Of a stretch of 64,000 nt of DNA, positions 36,492-47,384 are shown piece after piece. This DNA is from Mobula hypostoma. Taxonomy: Eukaryota. Position numbers and translations under genes: made by a program. The notes beneath the pieces are model-generated. The model did not search any database. It was not told the DNA's origin and was given only the letters and a program-made list of their open reading frames with translations. Within the stretch, counting starts at the first letter, position 1. Every line of letters begins with the position of its first letter. The stretch is from NCBI RefSeq assembly GCF_963921235.1, contig NC_086098.1, positions 1,674,001 to 1,738,000 on the forward strand. The letters run 5' to 3'.

Positions 36492-38149
36492 CACAAGAAT
36501 GATTCAGGGAATGAGAGGGTTAACATAACTAGGAGAGAGATGGGGGGTGGGGGGGAGAGAGACGAAGAGCAAGAGAGGATATATTCACAAGGATATGTAC
36601 AGATAAAGAAGGAATAGAGAGATGCAGAGAGGGGAAGAGAGAAACGGTGAGAGAATATGTGTAAAAGGATGGGCGTAATTAGGAAATGAAAGAGAGAGGG
36701 AAGGATAGAGATTAAGAGAGAGAGACTGATTGAGAGGCAGAGAGAGAGAGGGGTGAAAGAGAGTGAGCGAGAGAGAGTGATTGATTGAGAAGGGAGGGGG
36801 AGAGAGAATGTGTGCAATTAGAGAGGGAATGTAGAGAGAGGGAGAGTGAAAGGAGCTGGGAGGGGAGGGAGAGAGAGAGAGAGAATTTATGCAGAAGAAT
36901 ATGTGCTATAAGAGTGGAATGAGAGAATATGAGAGAGCAAGAGAGAGGGAGAGACAGACTGAGAGAGAGGGAGAGGGAGAGATGACAAGAGAGAGAAAGA
37001 AGAAGAGATAGAATATGTGCACAGGGATATGTGTAATGAGTGAGAGAGACAGAGAGAGGGAGAGATGGAGAGAGAGGCAGAAGGAGAATGTGTTCAGAAG
37101 GAAGGGTGCAATTAGAGATGGAATGAGAGAGAGGGGGAAAGAGAATATGTGTGCACAAGGATGGGATCATTCGAGAGGGTTATGAGAGAGAGAGAGAGAA
37201 ACTGAGGGAGAGAGAAAGTGAGAGCAAGAGAGGGAGGAGAGAGGGAGATAGAGAATGTGTGTGCAGAGATGTGTGCAACTAGAGAGGGAATGAGAGCGAG
37301 AGCATGAGAGAGAAAGGAGGAGAGAGAGAATGCATGCACAAGGATGGGTGTAATTAGAGAGGATATGAGAAATTAGGGGATACGAGAAAAAGAGAGAGTA
37401 AGACAGTGAGACTGACAGAGGGAGCGAGAGGGAAAAAGGGAGAGACTGAGAGAGAAAGTGTGACATAAAAAGTCAGAGGGAGAGAGAGACTGAGAGAGAA
37501 GGAAGAAGAGAGGAAGAGAAAAGAGAGGGAGAGAGAGTGAGAGAAAGGGGGAGGGGGGAGACAGAGAAGAAGAGAGAGAATATGCACAAGAATAGGTGTA
37601 ATTGAAGAAGTAATGAGAAAGAGTGAGAAAGAGGAAGAGAGAGAGGGGAGGGAGGAGGGAAAGAATGTGTGTGCAGAGATGAGTACAATTATAGAGGGAA
37701 TGAAGAGAAAGAAGGTGAGAAAGAGAGATCAAGAGAGATAGGGAGAGAGAGAATGTGTACACAAGGATAGGTGTAATAGAGGGAATGAGAAAAAGAAAAA
37801 GTGTAGGAGAGAGAAAGGGTAAAGAAGAGGAGGGAGAATGTGTGCTCAAGGATATGTGTGATTGGAGAGGGAATGAAAGAAAGAGAGAGAAACCGAGAGG
37901 GGAAGAGAGAGGCAGACGGATGAGAGAGAGAGGGGGAGAAGAGAGTTTGTGCGCATGGATGTGTGTAATTAGAGATGGAATGCGAGAAGGGGAGAAACAG
38001 AGTGAGACCGAGAAAGAGGGGGGGAGACTGAGAAAGTGTGCACAAATAGGGGTGTAATTAGAGAGGAAATGAGAGCGAGAAAGAGGGAGGGAGGGAGAGA
38101 CTGAGAGAGGGAGAAAGAGAGGGTGAGGGAGACAGTGAGAAAGAGTGTA

Positions 38150-39143
38150 GGACAAATCAAGGTAGGACATACACAGTAAATGGTAGGGCACTGAGGAGTG
38201 CGGAGGAACAAAGAGATCTGGGAGTTCAGTTACATAATTCCCTTAAAGTGGCATCACAGGTAGACAGGGTTGTAAGGAAGGCTTTTGGCATCCTGGCATT
38301 CATAAATCAAAGTATTGAGTATAGGAGTGGGGATGTTATGGTGATGTTGTACAAGACATTGTTGAGGCCAAATTTGGAGTATTGTGTACAGTTCTGGTCA
38401 CCTAACTATAGAAAGGATATCAGTAAGATTGAAAGAGTGCAGAGGAGATTTACTAGGATGTTGCTGGGACTTCAGGAGTTGAGTTACAGGGAAGGATTGA
38501 ACAGGTTAGGACTTTATTCCTTGGAGCGTAGAAGAATGCGGGGGGATTTGATAGACGTTTATAAAATTATGAGGGGTATAGACAGAGTAAATGTGGTTAA
38601 GACGTTCGTCTAGTGATCTGAAGGTCGCTAGTTCGAGCCTCAGCTGTGGCAGCGTGTTTGTGTCCTTGAGCAAGGCTCTTAACCACACATTGCTCTAGTG
38701 TCTGTGCGAGGAGTGGAGCCCCACACAGACTTCCAATCTGTGCCTTGTAAGGCGTGAAAATGCCCGACGCAGGCCTCTCATGGTCTGAGTCTACGTTCCC
38801 TCCCTCCCCTCCCCCCAAATGTGAATAGGCTCTTTCCACTTAGATTAGGAGAGATAAATATGAGAGGACATGGCTTTAAGGTGAAAGGGGAAAGATTTAG
38901 GGGGAACATTAGGGGGAACTTCTTCACTCAGAGAATGGTGGGAGTGTGGAATGAACTGCCATCTGATGTGGTAAAAGCAAGCTCACTCTTAGGTTTTAAG
39001 AATAAATTGGATAGGTACATAAATGGAAGAGGTCTGGAGGGTTATGGCCTGGATGCAGGTCACTGGGACTAGCAGAATAATGTTTTGACACAGACTAGAA
39101 GGGCCAAATAGCCTGTTTTCTGTGCTGTAGTGTTCTATGTTTC
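38150..39143 (+). mobile_element. CR1 3' fragment interrupted by a SINE
   Basis: ORFs 38248-38613 and 38821-39072; TTCTATGTTTCTA tail. Confidence 0.88.
38596..38816 (+). mobile_element. tRNA-derived SINE with CORE-like segment, TSD AAATGTG
   Basis: B box GTTCGAGCC, GTGTCCTTGAGCAAGGCTCTTAACC, C-rich tail; AAATGTG at 38589-38595 and 38817-38823. Confidence 0.8.
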
Positions 39144-40646
39144 TAGAGAGAGAGGAGGAGAGAAGAGGCAGAGAGAATGAGGGAGAATGTGTGCGCAAGA
39201 ATGGGTGTAATTAGAGAAGGAATGAGAGCGAGAGAGAGGGAGGGAGGGAAAGGGACCGAGAGAGAAAGAGAGATAGAGAGAGCAAGAGGTAGAGAGAGAG
39301 GGGTGGGGGGAGAGTGAAAGAAAGAGAGAGAGACCGAGAGAGGGAAAGAGAGAGTGACCAAGAGAGGGCTAAATGGAGGGGTGAGAGAGGGAGAATGTGT
39401 GCACGATGATGTGTGCAATTAGAGAGGGAATGTGAGCGAGAGAGAGGGAGGGAAAGGGACAGAGAGAGAGAGTGAGAGTGAAAGGGAGAGAGAGAGAGGA
39501 AGAGAGAAGGAGAAAGGGATGGGGAGAGATGGGGGCAGAGAGAGGGGGAAAGAGGGATAATGTGTGCAATTTGACAGGGAATGTGATTGAATGGGAGAGA
39601 GAAAGGGGAAGAGAGAGAGGGGAGAGACGGAATGTGTGGACAGGATAGGTGTAATTAGAGTGGGAATGAGAGAAGGAGAGTGTGAGAGAAAGGGGAGAGA
39701 GGAGAGAATGTGTGCATGGGGATGGGTATAATTAGAAAGAGAGAAACAGAGAGAACAAGACAGGGAGAGAGAGAAAGTGAGACAAAGGGAGAGTGAGAGA
39801 GGGAACACGAGGGAGAAAGAGAGAGAGGGAGACAGGGAATGAGATCGAAAGGAGAGAGAGAACTAGAGAACACAGAGATCAGACAAGCCTTGCTTGAATA
39901 CCTGCTACACAACCTGCAAATTCACTTTCAAGATCTCTGCTACTCATATTCACAGTAGTATTTATTTATTTATTATTATATTATTATATTTGCACAGTTT
40001 GTCTTCTTTTGCACATTGGTTGTTTGTCAGTTTTGGTTTACATTCAGTTTTTCATTCATTCTATTGTATTTCTTTGTCCTACTGTGAATGCCTGCAAGAA
40101 ATTATTTTCAGGGCAGTCTATGGCAACATTTACATACTGAGCTTTGATAATAGATTTACTCTGAACTCTGAATTTTGCCCTGGGAAAAAGTCTCTGGCTG
40201 TCCACTCAATCTATCCCTCTTAACATCTTATACACCTTTAATTATCTATCTCTTCTCCTTTAACTAGCTTCTCAAAATTATTTTAAGGTCTAAGCACTGG
40301 ATTAAGCAGGAGTATAAGATAATTAAGAAAAATAACATTTCTTCTTATTCCACGTTTTCCCATAGGACAGATTCTACAACCTAGGACTCACTTTCAAGGA
40401 CTCTACAACTTCTGCCCTCAGTACTATTTACCTGACTTTCTGTCTATTTATGTATCCATTTGCACAATTTGTCTTCGTTTGCACATTGGTTTTTTGTCAG
40501 TCTTTGCGTATAGTTTTTCATTGATTCTATTGTATTCCTTTGCTCTACAGTGAATGCCCACAAGAAAATGAACATTAGAGTAGTATCTGATGACATATAG
40601 GTACGTTGATAATAAATTTATTTTGAACATTGAACACGTAACATAG

Positions 40647-41065
40647 GTTGCTTTAAAATACAAACTCATAACTGAAATCACACCTTACTATAAATACAAG
40701 CCAGATCCAGTTTTAGTCAGAATACCACAAATAATATTACGACGGATCTGTTATTACAGATAGGGTAATCCACAATAACCATCCTGATATAATAATACAG
40801 ATAAAAAAGCAAGGACAACTTATTTAATAGATACAGCTATTCCAAACACACACAACTTACAGAAATCAATAAGTGAAAAACGCCAGAAATATGCCGAATT
40901 AAAAGAGGAAATTGAAAGACTTTGGAGCATGAACAGGGTATACATTGTCCCAATAGTAATATCTACAACTAGTGTTATCCCAAAGTCACTACAGAATAGC
41001 ATTAAACAATTAGGCCTATGTCACAACATTATGTAAATCTTCAGAAAGTCGCAATACTAACCAGT
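40647..41065 (+). mobile_element. R4/Dong-clade LINE fragment, restriction-like endonuclease domain
   Basis: Manual translation across frameshifts: YYKYKPDPVL / ITDRVIHNNHPDIII / YLIDTAIPNTHNL...EKRQKYAELKEEIERLW...IVPIVISTT. Confidence 0.8.
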
Positions 41066-42214
41066 ACCATCCCCACCACATTGCAAAACAATGACAATGC
41101 AAACAATGCATTTTACTGATTTTTGTGAGTATTGCTGCACTTTACTGCATGTTTCAATGTAGATGTGACATATAAAGCTCACTTTTATTCTTATCTTTAA
41201 ATCTTATCTGATTATCCCTTAATTAGATGTACATCATTTGAGTGAGAGTTACCAGAAGGTGAGCAAGGGAAAGAATTATCCGTCAGTTTGAAAAATAAAC
41301 ATCATCCTTTCTGAGATTAGCCAGTTTGGCAATGATTAGTTATGGAATCCAGAAGCTCCTGTTGTACACTCTGAGAAATATCAGGGGAATATGGGGGAAG
41401 TTTTCTTTTGTGCTTCCTTGTACCAGAAGGTACTCTAATTGTGAGTATACCAAAAAGAGTGTGGCATCACTGCTGAAGGATCCGCCATTTCGAGATCACC
41501 GTAGATTTATCAGATGATAAACCACTGTGATTAAAAACGTATGACAGTGTGGAACATGGGAAAAGCATTTGGCCCATCAGCTACACTCCTGCAACAGATA
41601 TTTTTATGGTTTCATTTATAATGAACTCTACAGAATGTATTTAATCTTCAGAGGGAAAGTTTCACATAAATATTCCCTGAACCCCAAAGGCAATCAAGCC
41701 AAGCTTCAGAAAAGGTACTCATCTCCTCGATTCAGCTACAGCCCAAAGACAAACAGCTCGCTACAATTCCCTCTCCCTTCCCAGCAGTACTCCAGCAACT
41801 ACAGAGAGGTAACTGCCAGTACATCTCCTCACACTGGTTTAACGAGATCAGTCTCCAGTGATAGCACAGGTGAAATATCTTGTCAGCAGCGTGATGCCTG
41901 ACATTTCATTTGTAAATAGATAAATAACAGGCTTCTGCAGGTGCAAGTGAAATATCCGCTCTTTCTGTAACTTAACCACATTCTGGGATAATTTATCAAC
42001 TACAATGATTAAGGGATGGACAGACTGGATTATGAAGAGTGATTATATAAATTGGGAGAGTTCTCAATGGAAAATAGAAGGTTGTGAGGTGACATGATTG
42101 CCGTTTTTAGGATGCAGAAGCATGAGCTAATGTGGAGTATTTTGTTTTATCCAAAGCAGTGGAAGCAGAGGATAGGACACTGCCTGAGCTTAGATTAGAA
42201 TAGACTCAAAATCA

Positions 42215-42486
42215 TCCTCAAAACAAAATTTTTAGGAGTGGTAATAGATAATAAATTAAGTTGGAAACCACATATAAATTATGTCAAAGCAAAAAATGTC
42301 AAAATCTATTGCAATACTGTACAAAGCACAAGGTTTCTTAAATCAGGAATCTTTGTTTACATTATACTGTTAACTTATAGTCCCATACATGACTTACTGT
42401 GTAGAGATATGGGGAAGTACATACAAAACAAGTACAAACTCAATTTTTCTACTCCAAAAGAAAGTCATACGAATTGTAAATAAGAC
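42215..42486 (+). mobile_element. Crack/L2-group LINE fragment
   Basis: KFLGVVIDNKLSWKPHI and YMTYCVEIWGSTY...LQKKVIRIV. Confidence 0.7.
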
Positions 42487-45400
42487 AAGTTGGGGGGGGG
42501 GACAGCTTACCTGGGGGAAGCAACAGTGGCCGTGCCTGTGGCACAGAGTCTGGCCCTGTAGCTCAGAAGGGTAGGGAAAGGAAAAGGAGGGCAGTAGTAA
42601 TTGGGGACACGATAGTTAGGGGGTCAGATAGGCAGATATTTGTAGTATGCACAAGGTTGTGTTTGTGGGAGATTTTAATTTTCTGCACATAGACTGGGAA
42701 ACCCACTCGGTAAAAGGGCTGGATGGTTTGGAGTTTGTAAAATGCATGCAACATAGTTTTTTGAAGCAATACATAGAGGTACCAATTAGAGAAGGGGCAG
42801 TGTTGGATCTCCTGTTAGGGAATGAGATAGGTCAGGTGACAGAGGTATGTGTTGGGGAGCACTTTGGGTCCAGTGATCACAGTGCCATTAGTTTCAATAT
42901 AATTATGGAGAAGGATAGGACTGGACCCAGGGCTGAGATTTTTGATTGGAGAAAGGCTAACTTTGACGAGATGCGAAAGGATTTTGAAGGAGTGGATTGG
43001 GACAAATTGTTTTATGGGAAGGATGTAATAGAGAAATGGAGGTCATTTAAAGGTGAAATTTTGAGGGTACAGAATCTTTATGTTCCTGTTAGGTTGAAAG
43101 GCAAGGTTAAAAGTTTGAGAGAGCCATGGTTTTCAAGGGATATTAGAAACTTGGTTCGGGAAAAGAGAGAGATCTACAATAAAGGTAGGCAGCTTGGAGT
43201 AAATGAGGTGCTCGAGGAATATAAAGAATGTAAAGAGAATCTTAAGAAAGAAATTAGAATAGCTAAAAGAAGATATGAGGTTGCTTTGGCAAGTAATGTG
43301 AAGATAAATCCAAAGGGTTTCTACGTTTATATTCATAGTAAAAGGATAGTGAGGGATAAAATTGGTCCCTTAGAGAATCAGAGTGGACAGCTATGTGCAG
43401 AGCCAAAAGAGATGGGGGAGATTTTAAACAATTTCTTTCCTTTGGTATTCACTAAGGAGGAGGATATTGAATTGTGTAAAGTAAGGGAAACAAGAAGGGT
43501 AGTTATGGAAGCTATGATGATTAAAGAAGAGGAAGTACTGGCGCTTTTAAGGAATATAAAAGTGGATAAGTCTCCGGGTCCTGTCGGGATATTCCCTAGG
43601 ACCTTGAGGGAAGTTAGTGTGGGAATAGCAGGGGCTCTGACAGAAATTTTTCAAATGTCATTAGAAACGGGGATGGTGCCGGAGGATTGGCATATTGTTC
43701 ATGTTGTTCCATTGTTTAAAAAGGGTTCTAAGAGTAAACCTAGCAATTATCAGCCTGTGAGTTTGATGTCAGTGGTGGGTAAATTGATGGAAAGTATTCT
43801 TAGAGATGGTATATATAATTATCTGGATAGACAGGGTCTGATTAGGAACAGTCAACATGGATTTGTGCGTGGAAAGTCATGTTTGACAAATCTTATTGAA
43901 TTTTTTGATGAGGTTACTAGGAAAGTTGACGAGGGTAAAGCGGTGGATGTTGTCTATATGGACTTCAGTAAGGCCTTTGACAAGGTTCCACATGGAAGGT
44001 TAGTTAGGAAGATTCAATCATTAGGTATTAATATTGAAGTAGTAAAATGGATTCAGCAGTGGCTGGATGGGAGACACCAGAGAGTAGTGGTGGATAACTG
44101 TGTGTCAGATTGGAGGCCGGTGACTAGTGGTGTGCCTCACGGATCTGTACTGGGTCCAACGTTGTTTGTCATATACATTAATGATCTGGATGATGGGGTG
44201 GTAAATTGGATGAGTAAGTATGCAGATGATACTAAGATAGGTAGAGTTGTGGATAATGAAGTAGGTTTTCAAAGTTTGCAGAGAGATTTAGGCCAGTTAA
44301 AACAGGGGTCCCCAACCATTTTTGCACTGCGGACCGGTTTAATGTTGACAATATTCTTGCGAACCGGCCAACCCGGGGGGGGGGGGCGGTTGCCAATGGA
44401 CAAGAGTAGCAGTCAAATACATTGTGTTTACCCAGAGAAAAACTACAATGACCATGAAGCCATCCGCGGGCACCAGTACACATGTGTGTACCTGCCCATA
44501 TTTTTCTACAAATCGTTTTTGGCGATTCTGTTTGGGGAGGTGTTAATCACGACCAGAATATAGGTGATAAGTGGCTAATACATACAATTTTGTTTCTAAA
44601 AGGGTGTATCTAACGAATTTAATATTATACACACAGCGCGTATTTTCCTCGCATGAATATAGTGATAAGTCAATTATGAGGGGAGGACAGGGGAGCTTGA
44701 AGTAAGTGTTGAACGAACTCCGGTAGAAGTGGTAGAGGCAGGTTCGATATGGTTATATAAGTCACTTATAAGTCAATAGCATCATAATATTTTAAGTAAC
44801 ATTTGGATATTAAACACACAGCACATATTTTCCCCGTATGAACATATAAAATCATTGCAACACACCAATATCACTGAATCAGTGGGAGCCCTGGGCTTGT
44901 TTCCCTGCAACAACACGGTCCTATCGAGGGGTGATGGGAGACAGCCATACTCGAAGGGGGTTCCTTATGTCCAGTCTATTTCGCAATTTAGTTTTCGCTG
45001 CATTCATTGCAGAAAACTCCGCTTCGCAGAAAAATGTTGGAAATGGAAGCAACTTTTTCAGTGCTTTTGTGGCTCTCTCAGGATACTTAGCCTTTGATCC
45101 AGAATGCCAGCAGAGATGTTATGTCAAACATACTCCTCAGCCCGCCGTCATTTGCAAGCTTAAGGAATTGATCTCCTTCTGGCGTTGACACGGATGATGC
45201 GCGGGTAATAACCTCGCATGCGTAATGGCTCAACAGTGCGTGACAGGGAATGAGGAAAGGTGCAGCTGACTCATATCGCCAAATCATATCGTTTCCTCGT
45301 GGCCCGGTAGCACATGCTTTGCAGCCCGGTACAGGTCCGTGGCCTGGTGGTTGGGGACTGATGAGTTAGAAGAGTGGGCTGAAAGATGGCAGATGGAGTT

Positions 45401-45581
45401 TAATGCTGATAAATGTGAGGTGCTACATTTTGATAGGACTCATCAAAATAGAACATACATGGTAAATGGTAGGGCATTGAAGAATGCAGTAGAACAGAGG
45501 GATCTAGGAATAATGGTGCATAGTTCCCTGAAGGTGGAATCGCATGTGGTTAGGGTGGTGAAGAAAACTTTTGGTATGCTG
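42487..45581 (+). mobile_element. CR1 LINE with internal deletion (ORF1 stub fused to ORF2), split by a hAT element, no 3' end
   Basis: RAVVIGDTIVRG at ~42590, then ORF 42647-44302 (VGDFNF...YADDTK); resumes LEEWAERW at 45364. Confidence 0.88.
44303..45363 (-). mobile_element. Non-autonomous hAT (Charlie/Buster-like) DNA transposon with transposase C-terminal remnant
   Basis: Termini CAGGGGTCCCCAACC / GGTTGGGGACTGATG; 8-bp TSD AGTTAAAA/AGTTAGAA; minus strand LANDGGL..FWIK / YPE.ATKAL..LLPFPT / KQAQGSH. Confidence 0.88.
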
Positions 45582-46210
45582 CAGAGGAGAGGTTGATACC
45601 CTAACACAGTGGTGCCAGGATAACAACTTCTCCCTCAATGTCCAAAAAACAAAAGAACTGATTGTGGATTACAGGAGGAACGGAGACAGGCTCGGCCCGA
45701 TCAGCATCAGTGGGTCTGCAGTTGAGAGGGTGAGTAATTTCAAGTTCCTCAGTATACTCATCACCGATGATCTCACCTGGACGGTACCCACCGGCTTTGT
45801 GGCAAATAAAGCACAGTAATGTCTCTTCCACCACAAGTGACTGAAGAGGTTCAGCATGGACCCCAAAATCCTCAAGACCTTCTACAGGCGTGCCATGAAG
45901 AGCATCCTGACCGGCTGTATCACTGCCTGGTACGGGAACTGCATCGACCTTGATCGCTGGGCAATGCAGAGAGTGGTACGGACAGCCCAACTTCCCTCCA
46001 TTGAGGACATTTATAACAGCAGGTACGTAAAGAAGGCCTGGAAGATCATCAGGGACACCAGTCACCCCAACCATAAACTGTTTCAGCTGCTTCCGTCTGG
46101 GAACTGCTATTAGACTTCACATGTCTGTACATTGCAGCAGAGTCATAACACAAAGATTTTTACTCCCTTACATGTGGGACGGATGTAAACTTTAAATAAA
46201 TTCTAATTCT
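45582..46210 (+). mobile_element. Rex1/Babar-type LINE 3' fragment
   Basis: WCQDNNFSLNVQKTKELIVDYR, DDLTW, SILTGCITAWYG, LLPSG; AATTCT tail. Confidence 0.85.
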
Positions 46211-46229
46211 TTGGCTTCTCCCACAAAGT

Positions 46230-46640
46230 CAATGTCTATTCCAATTTACTACCTGAACCTGAGTGCTGGGTGATTGAAGCTTCTTGACCTGCCTCTCATG
46301 CAGGATCTTGTCAGATGCCTTAGTAAAGTCTATGTGGACAATATCCACTTCCTTGCCTTCACCCACTTTCCTGGTAACTTCCTCAAAAAACTCTCTAAGA
46401 TTGGCTAGATATGACCTACAATGCACAAAGCAATGTTGACTATCCTTAATCAGTCTATGTCCATCCAAATATTTATATATCCGGGCCCTTAGAACACCTT
46501 CCAATAACTTTCCCACAACTGATGTCAGACTCACCGACCTGTAATTTCCTGGTTTATATTTAAAGCCTTTTTTTTTAACAATGGAACAACATTGGCTATC
46601 CTCCAATCCTCTGGTAGCTCCGCTCTATCTAAGGATGATT
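46230..46640 (-). mobile_element. Degraded CR1 RT fragment
   Basis: Minus ORF PGNYRSVSLTSVVGKLLE...FFEEVT. Confidence 0.8.
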
Positions 46641-46784
46641 TAAATAACTCTGCTAGGGACGGTTAATTACTCATGATCAATTATCCTGTGATTAGGCTGG
46701 TGTTAAATCGAGGGTTGTTGGGTGGCATGGCTCAAAGGGCCAGAAGCTCAAACGGCTGTATCTCAATAAATAAATAAATGGTTT

Positions 46785-47045
46785 TTAAAAACCTGATGGT
46801 GGAGGGGGAGAAGCTGTTCCTGAAACATGAATTATGTGTCTTCAGACTCCTGTAGCTTCTCCTTGATGAGAACAATGAGAAAAGAGCATGTCCTGGGTGA
46901 TGGGGGTCTTTAATGATCGATATCGCCTTTCTGAGGTGTTGCCTTTTGAAGATACCCTTGATGATGGGGATGCTCATAATGGAATTGTCTGAGTTTACAA
47001 CACTCTGCAGCTTTTTACAATCCTGGCACTAGCCTCTCCATACCA
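46785..47045 (-). mobile_element. Rex1/Babar-type LINE fragment
   Basis: IIKDPHHPGHALFSL...FRNSFSP. Confidence 0.7.
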
Positions 47046-47384
47046 GATGGAATGCTTTCCAAGGTACATCAGTCGACATTGTGTCCTATACCTATCAACT
47101 TGGTATGTGAGCTTTTCTGATTCTGTGCAGTGTATCCAAAAAGGTGGTACAACCAGTTAGAATGCTCTCCACAGTAGACATTGTGCTCTTTTACCTTCTA
47201 CTTGGTCTGTGATTTCTGCTTCCCAGTCAGTAAATGAAGAGGTGCTGGGTCAGATTAAAGGTCATGCTTACACGAAGCAAAGGATCAGAAAGAAGGAATT
47301 AAACCAACCATTTGAATCCATAGCTACCTATCAGGAACAGCAAGGCAATAAAGGCCCTCACACAAAGTCCACAGCAGTTATGTT

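Larger units (their letters stand above)
30385..39870. repeat. GA-rich satellite: ~45-bp conserved core separated by variable GA spacers, interrupted by insertions
   Basis: Recurrent GAGAATGTGTGCACAAGGATGGGTGTAATTAGAGAGGGAATGAG-like core, more than 30 copies by hand count. Confidence 0.88.

Noticed and set aside
30385..39870. CRISPR-like repeat-spacer layout
   Set aside because: Cores are degenerate, spacers are low-complexity and of variable length, there are no cas genes, and the context is eukaryotic
42647..44563. 638-aa RT with a novel C-terminus
   Set aside because: The extra residues are read-through into the inserted hAT element
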